A stretch of 64,000 nucleotides of DNA, taken from the NCBI GenBank assembly GCA_963555995.3, contig OY821641.1, forward strand, positions 3,648,001-3,712,000. Direction: 5' to 3'. Source of the stretch: Vicinamibacteria bacterium (GTDB taxonomy: Bacteria > Acidobacteriota > Vicinamibacteria > Marinacidobacterales > Marinacidobacteraceae). The notes beneath the pieces were generated by a model. The model made no database searches. It had not been told where the DNA came from and worked only from the letters and a program-made list of their open reading frames with translations. The translations under genes and the position numbers were made by a program. Positions 49,890 to 59,391 of this stretch are shown here, one piece after another (position 1 is the stretch's first letter; every line of letters starts with the position of its first letter).

Positions 49890-50447
49890 ATGTCCTGGAT
49901 TCACATGGTTCCGCCCACCGCCCCCGAGGGGCAGGCGGGGCGGCTCGGGGAGCTCTACCGGCGGCACCGGCGTCCCGATGGACTGGTGGACAACATCCTG
50001 AGGGTGTCCAGCCTGAATCCGGAAGCGCTGGAGCACCACCTGTCCCTCTACGAACACTTGATGCGAGGCGTATCGGGCCTCAGCCTCGCCGAACGGGAAC
50101 TGATCGCCGTCGCCGTTTCGGTGGTCAACGACTGCCACTATTGAATCGAGCACCACCGGAGAGGTCTTCTCCGGCTGACCCGGGATCGGCACCTGGTGGA
50201 CGCCCTGTGCCGTGATCCGGAGGGTTGCCCGCTCACGCCGCGCCAGCGGGCGCTCGCCGACTACGCGATCAAGCTGGCGCGGACCCCGGGCAGCCTGGTG
50301 GAGCAGGACATCGAGCCGCTCCGATGCATCGGACTGTCAGACCGCGACATCCACGACGCCTGCGCGGTGGCCTCCTACTACTGCTTCGTGAACCGCATGG
50401 CGAACGGCCTGGGGGTGCAACTGGAGGAGGCGGAAGCCGCTCGGTAG
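49890..50447 (+). CDS. AhpD/carboxymuconolactone-decarboxylase-like peroxidase-related selenoprotein (Sec at in-frame TGA 50142-50144, codon 85)
   Basis: ERELIAVAVSVVNDCHY-TGA-IEHH reads in frame into LTPRQRALADYAIKLA...FVNRMANGLGV; TGA occupies the second Cys position of the CxxC motif; SECIS-like hairpin follows. Confidence 0.85.
50156..50174 (+). promoter_or_regulatory. Bacterial SECIS-like hairpin
   Basis: CCGGAGA-GGTCT-TCTCCGG starting 11 nt after the TGA; AGGTCT matches the apical sequence of the E. coli fdhF SECIS. Confidence 0.75.
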
Positions 50448-50462
50448 CCCGGCTGGCGCACG

Positions 50463-50521
50463 TTGGAACGCCGGTCTCCCGACCGGCACGCGCGGCGCTC
50501 CGCGCGGCGCCCGTCGCAACC
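50463..50521 (+). repeat. REP-like element (family 1)
   Basis: TTGGAACGCCGGTCTCCCGACCGGCACGCGCGGCGCTCCGCGCGGCGC. Confidence 0.8.
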
Positions 50522-50556
50522 CCACCCACCCTCAGGGCGCGGTCCGGAAATACCCG

Positions 50557-52491
50557 TTACGGACCGCCGGCGCTGCCCTGAACCGCGGCGTCAAGCCGTT
50601 CGAGTTCCTCGTAGAGGGCCGGCAGCCGGCCCTTCAGGTCCTCGTAGGTGGCCGTGACCTCGCGGGACCCCTCGCGGTCGCCGAAGAAACCGGGCGCCGC
50701 CATCCGCGCCTCCAGGCTCTCGACGGCGGCCTCGGTGTCCGCGATCGCCTCGAACACTTCGCGCCATTCGCGCCGCAGTTGCCGCAACCGGTTCTTCCCG
50801 GGCGACCGGCGCGCGCCGGTCTTGCCCGCCGGCTTCGCGTTTCGCTTCGGACGTTTCGCCGCAGCCGGTGCGGGCGCCGGGGAAGCGGCCGCGGCGGGCT
50901 CCGGGAGGCTGACCCTCGCGAGGTAGTCCGAGTAGTTGCCCCAGTAGAGGGCCGCTCCGCCGCCGCCGATCGCCGCCACCCGGGTCGCCAGGGCGTCCAT
51001 GAAGTACCGGTCGTGGGCGACGAACACGATCGTGCCCTGGTAGTTCGAAAGCGCGTTCAGGAGCGCCCGCTTGGAGTCCAGATCGAGATGGTTGGTCGGC
51101 TCGTCGAGGAGGAGGAGGTTCGCGGGACGGAGGAACAGGCGGGCCAGCGCCAGCCGGCTTCGTTCGCCGCCGGAGAGGACCGCGGTCTTCTTCTCCACGG
51201 TCTCTCCCGAGAACAGGAACGCACCCAGGATGTTGCGGATCTCCGGGAGCATGGCGAGCGGCGCCGCGTCGGCCATGGTCTCCCGTACCGTCCGGTCGGG
51301 GTCGAGATCGTGCCGGTCCGGCCCGTAGTAGGCGATGCGGACGTTGTGGCCCAGCTCCCGATCGCCGGTGTCCAGCCCTTCCTCACCGGCGATCAGCCGG
51401 ATGAGGGTGGATTTCCCGGCGCCGTTCCGCCCGACGAGCGCCAGGCGCTGGCCGCGCTCCACGACCAGGTCCACGTTGCGGAAGACCTCGTTGGTTCCGA
51501 AGGCCTTGGACACCGCGGTGAGCGTCACGAGGACCCGCCCGGAACGCGGCGGGTGCGGCAGCCGGAGAGCCACCCGCCGGGGCTCCGGCGGCGCTTCGAT
51601 CCGCTCGATCTTCTCGAGCATGCGGATCCGGCTCTGGACCTGCCGCGCGCGGCTGGCCTGATAGCGGAACCGGTTGATGAAGCGTTCGGTCCGCTCGATC
51701 TCGGCCGCCTGCTCGGCGGCCCGCTTGCGCAGGTCGGCGATCTCGGCGGCCCGCCGGGTCTCGTAGCGGCTATAGGTGCCCGGATAGTTTCCGAGCCGGC
51801 CCAGCCCGATCTCGGTGATCCGGGTCACCACGGAGTCGAGGAAGAACCGGTCGTGGGCGACCAGCACCAGGCCGCCGCGGTGACGGGCCAGGAAGCCGAG
51901 CAACCAGGTCCGGGCTTCGATGTCCAGATAGTTCGTAGGCTCGTCGAGGAGGACGAGGTCGTTCGCCTCGGCCAGCAGCCTGGCGAGGGCGATGCGCATC
52001 TGCCAGCCCTGGCTGAAGGTCTCCACGGGGCGGTCCTCGTCTCCGGCCGCGAATCCCAGGCCGGAGAGGACTTCGCTGATGCGGGTGTCCATTTCGTACC
52101 CGCCGCGGCGCTGCCACTCCTCCTCCAGTTCTCCGTAGCGGGCGATCAGGTCGGGCTGATCGGGGGTCCCCGCCAGCGCTTCCGCCACCTCCTCCTGTTC
52201 GCGCCGCAGCCGGAGCAGGTCGGCGAAGGCGGTGCGCACCTCCCCGGCGACGGTGCGCCCCTCGAGGCTCAGCCCCTCCTGGGGCAGGTACCCGACGCGT
52301 TTCCGCCTGGCCAGCACGACCTTTCCGGCGTCGGGACGAACCAGTCCCGCAAGGATCTTCAGGAGGGTGGTCTTGCCGGATCCGTTGGGTCCCACCAGTC
52401 CGACGCGGTCGCCGTCTCCAACCTGCCAGGACACCTCACGGAGCAGCACCTGTTCTCCGTAGGCCTTCGAGGCTTCGACGAGCTGGATCAT
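50557..52491 (-). CDS. ABC-F family ATPase (ribosome-associated)
   Basis: Two ABC domains (GPNGSGKTT/FSQGWQMR/LLDEPTN; GRNGAGKST/LSGGERSR/LLDEPTNHLD), no TM segments, C-terminal coiled coil. Confidence 0.92.
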   Translation of the reverse strand: MIQLVEASKAYGEQVLLREVSWQVGDGDRVGLVGPNGSGKTTLLKILAGLVRPDAGKVVLARRKRVGYLPQEGLSLEGRTVAGEVRTAFADLLRLRREQEEVAEALAGTPDQPDLIARYGELEEEWQRRGGYEMDTRISEVLSGLGFAAGDEDRPVETFSQGWQMRIALARLLAEANDLVLLDEPTNYLDIEARTWLLGFLARHRGGLVLVAHDRFFLDSVVTRITEIGLGRLGNYPGTYSRYETRRAAEIADLRKRAAEQAAEIERTERFINRFRYQASRARQVQSRIRMLEKIERIEAPPEPRRVALRLPHPPRSGRVLVTLTAVSKAFGTNEVFRNVDLVVERGQRLALVGRNGAGKSTLIRLIAGEEGLDTGDRELGHNVRIAYYGPDRHDLDPDRTVRETMADAAPLAMLPEIRNILGAFLFSGETVEKKTAVLSGGERSRLALARLFLRPANLLLLDEPTNHLDLDSKRALLNALSNYQGTIVFVAHDRYFMDALATRVAAIGGGGAALYWGNYSDYLARVSLPEPAAAASPAPAPAAAKRPKRNAKPAGKTGARRSPGKNRLRQLRREWREVFEAIADTEAAVESLEARMAAPGFFGDREGSREVTATYEDLKGRLPALYEELERLDAAVQGSAGGP

Positions 52492-52494
52492 CGC

Positions 52495-52678
52495 TAGCAG
52501 TCTGTGGACAAAGTGACGTGAGCGCCGAGGCTGGCGAGGCGCCTGGCTGACAAGGCGCGCGAGGGAGGAATACCGAGTGTATTTCGACCGAAGCGCAACG
52601 ACGGGCGACGCGAAGCGGCGCGATTCAGCCGGGATGCATCGCCAGCCGAACGCCGCGTGACTTTGTCTGCAGGCTGCT
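52495..52678. mobile_element. MITE-like element (family 2), second full copy
   Basis: AGCAGTCTGTGGACAAAGTGACG...CGTGACTTTGTCTGCAGGCTGCT; interior matches 27706-27892 (GACAAGGCGCG..GAGGGAGGAATACCG..GTGTATT..CAGCCGGGATGCATCGCC). Confidence 0.75.
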
Positions 52679-52790
52679 CCGCGCGCGGAACCGTATCGCG
52701 GGGAACGACGCATTCACGGTCGTCCGGGTCCCGCGTCGCCACCGTTTGCGGCGATTGGAGCCGGTGCGGGTTGGTCATAATGTGGAGTCC

Positions 52791-55700
52791 ATGTTCCGGA
52801 GCATCCCGCCCCGTTCCTCCTGGCTCCTGCCGCTCGCGGCGGCCGTCGTCCTGTCCTCCGCCGGCGCCCGGACGCAGCCGCAGGAGGCGGACGCCGGGAT
52901 GAGCCGCGGGGTGGCGCTGCTCGAGCAGTTCCGGTTCTCGGACGCCGCCGCCGAGTTCGCGCGGGTGGTGGAGCTCCGGCCTTCGTCGGCGGCCGCCCAC
53001 GTGAACCTGGGCATCGCCTGGTTCAACGAGCGCGATTTCCTCGCCGCCCGCGCGTCCTTCGCCCGGGCGCTCGATCTCGATCCCGAGGGGCTCCACGCCC
53101 GCTACAACCTGGGCCTCATCGAAAAGCTCGAGGGCAACACCGAGGCGGCGCTCGCCGCTTTCCGGCAGGTCGCTGAAGCCGACCCCGACGATGCGATGAC
53201 CCAGTACTACCTGGGCGCCGCCTTCGCCGCGGCCGGCCGTCTGGAGGAGGCGGAGGCCGCCCTGCGCACCGCGATCCAGCTCCAGCCCGAGCACGAGTCC
53301 GCGCACTTCAGCCTGGGGAACGTCCTCGTGCGCGCGGGCCGCCGCGAAGAGGGCCGCGCCCAGTTGATGCGGTTCCAGGAACTGAAGAACAGCTTTTCCG
53401 GGGGCGGGGTCTCCGCCGGGCTCCAGTACACCGAGCTCGGGCCGTACGCGGAAGCGGTCGAGGAGCGTCCGGTATCGCTGCACGGCGGCCAGGACGAAGC
53501 CGTCTCGACCGGTCAGGTCCGTTATTCGGAAGCCACCGGCGCATGGAATCTGGCGCTGCCGGCTGCCGGCGCGCTCCCCGATCCTCCTCGGGCGCTGCGG
53601 GCGGCGGACTACTCGGCCGACTGGGTGGCGGCGAACCTCCTGCCCCAGCTCGGCTCGGGCGTCGCGATCCGCGATCTGGACGCGGACGGCCGGCCGGAGA
53701 TCCTGTTCGTGCGGGATGGGAGCGTGGTCGTGTTCCGGAACACGGGAGCCGGTTTCGAGGTCTGGGCGGACTCCGGGGTCGAAACGGACGGGACGGTCAG
53801 CGTGACCGTCGGCGACGTGGACCTCGACGGAGATCCGGACCTCTACGCGGCGGGAGCCGGCCCGAACGCGCTCTTCCTGAACCAGTCGCGCGAGGGTGGG
53901 GCGCTCTTCGCGAGGGCGGACGCCTCGGGGGCGGAGGGAGACGACGTTTCGGTGGGCGCCACCTTCGCCGACTTCGATCACGACGGCGACCTCGACATCC
54001 AGGTTTCCAACTACGCCCCGGCCTCGCTGGCGGCGCTCGATGCCGTCCCGGAGGTCCTCCGTGTTCCGGACGATCTTCCGGGAGCCCCGAACCGGCTCTA
54101 CCGGAACAACGGCGACGGCAGCTTCACGGACGTCGCGGTGGAGACCCGGACCGACGGCGGGGCGCGGCGCAGCCTCTTTGCGCTGTTCTCCGACTGGGAC
54201 GACGACCGCGACGTGGACTTCCTGGTGGTGAACGACGGGAGTCCGGTGCAGGTCTTCTCGAACGATCGCGTCGGAACGTTCACCGAGAGCGCGGAGGCCT
54301 GGGGCGTCGAGACGGCGCGGCGGATGCGGGGAGCCGCGTCCGCCGACTACGACCGGGACGGGTTCTTCGACCTGCTGCTCTCGGCCGAGGGAAGCGCGTT
54401 GAACATGTTGTTGCGGGGATCCGGCCCCGGCGGGTTCTCTCCGGACGTCCGGTCCCCCTTCCTGCTGCGCGCTGGCGTGCCCGGGGCCCGGTACGGGATC
54501 TCGTTCCTCGATGCCGACCACGACATGGACCTCGACCTCCTCATGGCCACGTCCGGGGCCGAAGGACCTCTCACGCTCTATGAGAACTCCCCCGCCGGGT
54601 TCTCGCGCGCCGGGGCGGTCTCCGCCGGGCTCGACTCCGGGGAGGAGCCGCGGGCGCTCGCCACCGGGGACCTCGACGGTGACGGAGATCTCGACGCCGT
54701 GATCGGCACCACCCGGGGCCGCATCTTCGCCTTCCGCAACGACCGGACCGGGTCCGGAAACTGGCTGGCGGTCAGCCCGCGGGGCCTGCGCAGCAACCTG
54801 GACGGGGTCGGGACCAAGATCGAGGTCCGGGTCGCCGGGGTGAGCCAGCGCCGGCAGGTGCGGACCACGTCGGGGTACCTCTCGCAGAGCGATCTTCCCG
54901 TCCACTTCGGGCTGGGAGACGCGCTCGCGGCCGACTACGTCCGCTTCCTCTGGCCGGGAGGGGTGAAGCAGGTCGAGCTGGACGTGCCGGCGCTGGCGGT
55001 GGCGTCCGTCGAGGAACTGAACCGCAAGGGCACGTCCTGTCCCGTGCTCTACGCCTGGGACGGGGAGCGGATCCGCTTCGTCACCGATTTCCTGGGCGGC
55101 AGCGCGCTCGGAAACCTCCTCGCCCCCGGCGTCCACAACGTCCCGGACACCGCGGAAGTCGTGAAGATGGAAGCGTTTCCGCTCGTTCCCCGGGACGGGG
55201 CCTACGAGATGCGCTGGGTGAACCAGCTTGAAGAGGTCATCTTCTACGACCGCGCGGCGCTGTGGGTGGTGGACCATCCGGAAGAGGTGGACGTCTTCCC
55301 GCTGGAGCGTCTGATGCCGGGTCCCCCGTACCCCGACCCGGGACTGATCGCGGTCCGGAACCGGCGGACTCCCTCCCGGGCGTCGTCTTCGACGGCCGCG
55401 GGGGAGCGGGAGGTGACCGCGGCGCTCGCCCGGGTGGACCGGGACTATGTGGACGATTTCGCCCTCCTCCCCTTCAAGGGATACGCGGAGCCCCACGATC
55501 TGACCCTTACGTTCGACGGGGTGCGCCCCGGCGTCCCCCACGTCCTCCTCCTCTACGGATGGGTGGACTACGCCGATTCGAGTTCCAACCTCGCCGCTTC
55601 CCAGGCGGGGGTCGGGGCTCAGCCGCCGATCCTGGAGATTGCCAACGGTGACGGGTTCCGAATCGCCACCGACCGGATGGGATTCCCGGCGGGCCTGCCC

Positions 55701-56384
55701 AAGACCATGGTCGTGCCCTTGAACGGCATCGCGGTCGAGAGCGGGCGGCCGCTCAGGATCCGGACCAACATGCGCATCTACTGGGACCGGATCGAGCTTG
55801 CCGAGGCCGCCGACGTCCCGCTTCAGGAGTGGCGGCTCGACGCCCAGACGGCCGAGTTCGGCTTCGCGGGGTATCCCGAACCCCACCGGCCCCGCGGCAT
55901 CCCCCCTACCGAGTACCGCTACGGCACGCGGGCGGCGCGGGACATCTGGGGGGCGCACGAGGGCGAATACACGAGGCACGGGGACGTGCTGCCCCTCCTC
56001 AATGCGATTGACGACCGCTACGTCATCGCCCGGCACGGAGACGAGTTGCGGCTCCGGTTCGACGCGCGGCAGGTCCCGCCGCCGGCGGCCGGAACCCGCC
56101 GGTCATTCTTCGCCTTTGCCGATGGTTTCGGAAAGGACATGGACCTGAACTCCGCCCGGCCGCACACCGTCGAGCCCCTGCCGTTCCACGGGATGCCGAG
56201 CTATCCGTACCCCCCGGATGCCTATCCAGACACCGAGGAGTTGGCCCGCTGGCGCGCCGAATACAACACCCGGCGGATCGGCCCGGAGGGGCGGCACGGG
56301 TTCCTGGAGGACGGCGAACCGCCGATCGAAACGACCGGAGAGCCCGCCTCCCGCAGCGGCGTCAACCGGGAGCCGCGCCGCTGA
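52791..56384 (+). CDS. Secreted TPR + FG-GAP/VCBS repeat + ASPIC/UnbV domain protein
   Basis: Signal peptide, N-terminal TPRs, repeated DxDxDGDxD motifs, SGYLSQS..VHFGLG (UnbV), GTSCPVLYAWDG C-terminal domain. Confidence 0.88.
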   Translation: MFRSIPPRSSWLLPLAAAVVLSSAGARTQPQEADAGMSRGVALLEQFRFSDAAAEFARVVELRPSSAAAHVNLGIAWFNERDFLAARASFARALDLDPEGLHARYNLGLIEKLEGNTEAALAAFRQVAEADPDDAMTQYYLGAAFAAAGRLEEAEAALRTAIQLQPEHESAHFSLGNVLVRAGRREEGRAQLMRFQELKNSFSGGGVSAGLQYTELGPYAEAVEERPVSLHGGQDEAVSTGQVRYSEATGAWNLALPAAGALPDPPRALRAADYSADWVAANLLPQLGSGVAIRDLDADGRPEILFVRDGSVVVFRNTGAGFEVWADSGVETDGTVSVTVGDVDLDGDPDLYAAGAGPNALFLNQSREGGALFARADASGAEGDDVSVGATFADFDHDGDLDIQVSNYAPASLAALDAVPEVLRVPDDLPGAPNRLYRNNGDGSFTDVAVETRTDGGARRSLFALFSDWDDDRDVDFLVVNDGSPVQVFSNDRVGTFTESAEAWGVETARRMRGAASADYDRDGFFDLLLSAEGSALNMLLRGSGPGGFSPDVRSPFLLRAGVPGARYGISFLDADHDMDLDLLMATSGAEGPLTLYENSPAGFSRAGAVSAGLDSGEEPRALATGDLDGDGDLDAVIGTTRGRIFAFRNDRTGSGNWLAVSPRGLRSNLDGVGTKIEVRVAGVSQRRQVRTTSGYLSQSDLPVHFGLGDALAADYVRFLWPGGVKQVELDVPALAVASVEELNRKGTSCPVLYAWDGERIRFVTDFLGGSALGNLLAPGVHNVPDTAEVVKMEAFPLVPRDGAYEMRWVNQLEEVIFYDRAALWVVDHPEEVDVFPLERLMPGPPYPDPGLIAVRNRRTPSRASSSTAAGEREVTAALARVDRDYVDDFALLPFKGYAEPHDLTLTFDGVRPGVPHVLLLYGWVDYADSSSNLAASQAGVGAQPPILEIANGDGFRIATDRMGFPAGLPKTMVVPLNGIAVESGRPLRIRTNMRIYWDRIELAEAADVPLQEWRLDAQTAEFGFAGYPEPHRPRGIPPTEYRYGTRAARDIWGAHEGEYTRHGDVLPLLNAIDDRYVIARHGDELRLRFDARQVPPPAAGTRRSFFAFADGFGKDMDLNSARPHTVEPLPFHGMPSYPYPPDAYPDTEELARWRAEYNTRRIGPEGRHGFLEDGEPPIETTGEPASRSGVNREPRR

Positions 56385-56397
56385 GTGGTCGGCAGCC

Positions 56398-56871
56398 ATG
56401 CCTCGAGACATCCTGCGCACCGAGCTCTACCGGTTGCTCTTCGACGACCGGCAGGGGGCGGCGGCGTTCCTGGCGCCGCGGATGCTCGCGGATCCGCAGT
56501 CGCTCACCCCGGAGGTGCGCTGGTGCCTGATCTACCTGCTACGCGGGATCCGTTCGGTGGCCGCGAGCAGCCGCCTGCTGGAGCCGGACTCGGTGCTCCA
56601 CTTGGTGGCGCATACGGTCGAGGCGGCGCGCCGGGCGACGGCCGGCGTGGACGGGCACTGGCATGAGATCGCGAGAGAACTGCCGGGCCACTGGCTGCGT
56701 CGCTACGAGCAGGGCGAGGTCAGGTACTCGCTGGACGAACTCCGCTACCTGAACGTCCTGCTCGCCCGGTTGTGGTTCGTGGAGCGGCAACGGATCGCGT
56801 TCATGGACCCGCCGCTGCTGCCCCGCTACCTGCGCCCGGAGGGGAAAGCGGCGACGCTCCCCGCCGGCTGA
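56398..56871 (+). CDS. Hypothetical protein
   Basis: ORF immediately downstream of the UnbV gene with host-like codon pattern; no recognised motif. Confidence 0.55.
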   Translation: MPRDILRTELYRLLFDDRQGAAAFLAPRMLADPQSLTPEVRWCLIYLLRGIRSVAASSRLLEPDSVLHLVAHTVEAARRATAGVDGHWHEIARELPGHWLRRYEQGEVRYSLDELRYLNVLLARLWFVERQRIAFMDPPLLPRYLRPEGKAATLPAG

Positions 56872-56934
56872 TCCGCGGCGGCGCACTTCCGGCCTCCGCG
56901 CGATGCGGCCCAGGAGCGGGCCGGTCAACTCGAC

Positions 56935-58032
56935 CTAGAAGCCGCCTTCGCAGACCCCGTCCTCGATGTCGAGGATCATGTCCTCGACGTCCGCGGCCCG
57001 CGAGTCGCCCCTCGCCAGGCGCATGAACGCCTGGAAGTAGCGCAACGCGGTGTTGCACTGGGCGCGATTGAAGGCGATCACACCCAGGGAGTAGTTCGCA
57101 TCCCGGGCGTTCGGATTGTTGGGGTCCGCCGCGAGCGCCGCGCCGTAGTGCCGCATCATGCCGTTCTCGTCGGTGCTGCGTCCCGCGATGAATCCGAGCA
57201 TCCAATGGACCTCGGTGGCGTACTGCCCTTCCGGCTCCGCTTCAAGGTACTTGCTCAGCCGCTCGGCAGCCGAGTCGAATTCCTGGGCGTTGTAGGCGAG
57301 TTGGCCGGCCAGGAAGAGGACCTGCGGCAACTGCGGGATGTCCGGGTTCAGCGCGATCACCGCCGCGAAGGACTCCTCGGCGCCCGCGTCGTCGTCCTCC
57401 TGGAGCAGCGCGTATCCAAGCCGGAAATGCGCCTCCGCATCGGACGGATTGGCTTCGGCGACCTGCCGCAGCAGGGGGATCGCCGCCGCCCGGTCACCCA
57501 TCTCGCTGCGGGCGATCGCAACGGTGCGACGGGCGATGGCGATCTGCTCGCCCAACTGGGCGGCCATCTCCGGGTTCGCATCGGCGGCCGAGAGGAACTC
57601 CTGGAAGGAACCGATGGCCTCCTCCTGGTTTCCGGTTCCCTGATGGGCGAAGCCGAGGAAGAGGTGGGCGACGAAGAAGTCGGGAGTCGTGGCGAGGATT
57701 GCCGGGCAGGCGGTCAGGGTGGTGTCCCAGGCGCCGGACTGGGCCGACTCGACGCACTGCTGCTGGTTCTGGTAGTTGATCGTGGTGTGGGCGTAGTCCA
57801 CGTTCTCCTTGTAGAACTCGTACGAAGGATGGCTCTCGTCGTGGGTGGAGAGCAGTGGTTCACAGGCCGCGATCACGTCCTCCCAGACCTGGCTCTCGAT
57901 GGCGGCCTCGCACACCTCGTCCGGATCCTCCTGAGGAAACGAAGGCGTGGAAGGGGCGGAAAACGCGAGAGCCGGGAAACCGAGCGATGCAACGAGCAGA
58001 AGCGGGAGTCCGATGTTGCTCCGGAGTGACAT
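56935..58032 (-). CDS. Secreted TPR protein (paralog 1)
   Basis: Signal peptide, SD AGGAGG, TPR motifs (AHLFLG, AHFRLG, ANYSLG), Cys pairs. Confidence 0.85.
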   Translation of the reverse strand: MSLRSNIGLPLLLVASLGFPALAFSAPSTPSFPQEDPDEVCEAAIESQVWEDVIAACEPLLSTHDESHPSYEFYKENVDYAHTTINYQNQQQCVESAQSGAWDTTLTACPAILATTPDFFVAHLFLGFAHQGTGNQEEAIGSFQEFLSAADANPEMAAQLGEQIAIARRTVAIARSEMGDRAAAIPLLRQVAEANPSDAEAHFRLGYALLQEDDDAGAEESFAAVIALNPDIPQLPQVLFLAGQLAYNAQEFDSAAERLSKYLEAEPEGQYATEVHWMLGFIAGRSTDENGMMRHYGAALAADPNNPNARDANYSLGVIAFNRAQCNTALRYFQAFMRLARGDSRAADVEDMILDIEDGVCEGGF

Positions 58033-58249
58033 GACAGAACCTCCTGGGGGTCGGGAAGCGCATGGCGGCCAGCCGTAGCTGGTGACGACCCTCACTACCC
58101 CGTCCCCGTGAATGGAACAAGGCAGATTACCACAGGCAACCGCGCCGGTGGCGAAAGGGAACGGAAGGGCGGGACTGTTGCCTGCCGCACGGATTGGCGC
58201 CAATCCGGAGAGTGCCGGGGTGTGTTGACCGGCGAAACGCCGGAGGGGG

Positions 58250-59305
58250 TCAGTCCCCCTCGCACCCGCCTTCCGCGATCGACGCCAGGATCTCGGTCAC
58301 CTGGGCGGCGTTCGCATGGTCGGGCGCCAGTTCCATGAACGTCTGGTAGTGCGTCTCGGCGTTGCCGCAGTCGTCACGGTTATAGAAGATGGTGCCGAGG
58401 GCGAAGTTGGCGTCCACGATCCGAGGGTCCCCCGCCGCCGACCCGGAGAGGAAGCCCTGGTAGTGGGTGACCGCCCGGTCCTCGTCCGAACCCTGGAGCG
58501 CCTGCGCCAGCATGAAGTGGGCGTCCGGGACGCCCCGGTCTCCTCCGGCGTTCGCCAGGTAGGCGGTCAGCCGCGCGTCGGCCTTGGCGTAGTCGCCGGC
58601 GTTGTAGTTGAGCTGGCCGGCGAGGAACAGGACGCTGGCGATCGGGTTCGGAGCGTTGTCGATCACGACGGAAAACGCCCGCTCGGCGCCCGCGCTGTCG
58701 CCCGTCGACAGGAGGGCGACCGCCAGCCGGTAGTGCACCTCAACGTCGGTCCCGCCCGCTCGGGAAGCCGCCTGCAGCAGGGGAATGGCATCCTGCATCG
58801 CGCCCGCCCGCGCGTACGCGATGCCGCCGGAGCGCTGGGCGGTGGCGATCTGGTCCGAGAGCTGCGACGCTGCCTCCGAGTTTCCCCGGACCCCGTCCAG
58901 GAAGGCGGTGAAGTTGACCGCGGTGTTCGCCCAGTCCTCTTTCGTCTGGTGGGCGACGCCGAGGAAGTAGTTCATGATGAACGCCCCGGGGTTCGCCTCG
59001 ACCGCCATCTGGCAGTAGGCGATCACGCTGTCCCACTGCTGCGCCTCGAACGCCGGCTGGCACTGGAGGCTGTAGGCGTAGTTCACCGTCTGCGCCCAGT
59101 GGGCGTAGTACGGATGGTCCTCGGGAAGTACATCGAGTACCTCGGGGCAGGTGGCGAGGACCGCTTCGTAGTTCTGACCGTCCACGGCCTGCATGCAGGC
59201 GGCGGCCTTCTGCGGGTCCACATCCTGGGCCGTCGCCTCCGGGGCGCTTCCCATGAGTACGCCGAACGCGGCGACTACCGACAGGGCGAGGAATCGGGTG
59301 GGCAT
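58250..59305 (-). CDS. Secreted TPR protein (paralog 2)
   Basis: Signal peptide, SD AAGGAG, TPR motifs (NYFLG, VHYRLA, ANFALG), Cys pairs. Confidence 0.85.
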   Translation of the reverse strand: MPTRFLALSVVAAFGVLMGSAPEATAQDVDPQKAAACMQAVDGQNYEAVLATCPEVLDVLPEDHPYYAHWAQTVNYAYSLQCQPAFEAQQWDSVIAYCQMAVEANPGAFIMNYFLGVAHQTKEDWANTAVNFTAFLDGVRGNSEAASQLSDQIATAQRSGGIAYARAGAMQDAIPLLQAASRAGGTDVEVHYRLAVALLSTGDSAGAERAFSVVIDNAPNPIASVLFLAGQLNYNAGDYAKADARLTAYLANAGGDRGVPDAHFMLAQALQGSDEDRAVTHYQGFLSGSAAGDPRIVDANFALGTIFYNRDDCGNAETHYQTFMELAPDHANAAQVTEILASIAEGGCEGD

Positions 59306-59391
59306 GACGAATGTCTCCTTGACGGGATGACCGGACGCCCCTTGGCGCGCACTCTGATGAAGGCGGTCGCGGCCCGTGCGAACGGGGGAAA

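Noticed and set aside
50196-50447. Separate 83-aa gene or split pseudogene
   Set aside because: It is in frame with the upstream half and completes the AhpD-like fold; better explained by Sec read-through.
52494-56036. 1180-aa minus-strand ORF and similar long antisense ORFs (e.g. 38774-41626, 14935-16950, 31303-33348)
   Set aside because: They shadow well-supported genes on the opposite strand; expected artefact of high GC, with no motifs.
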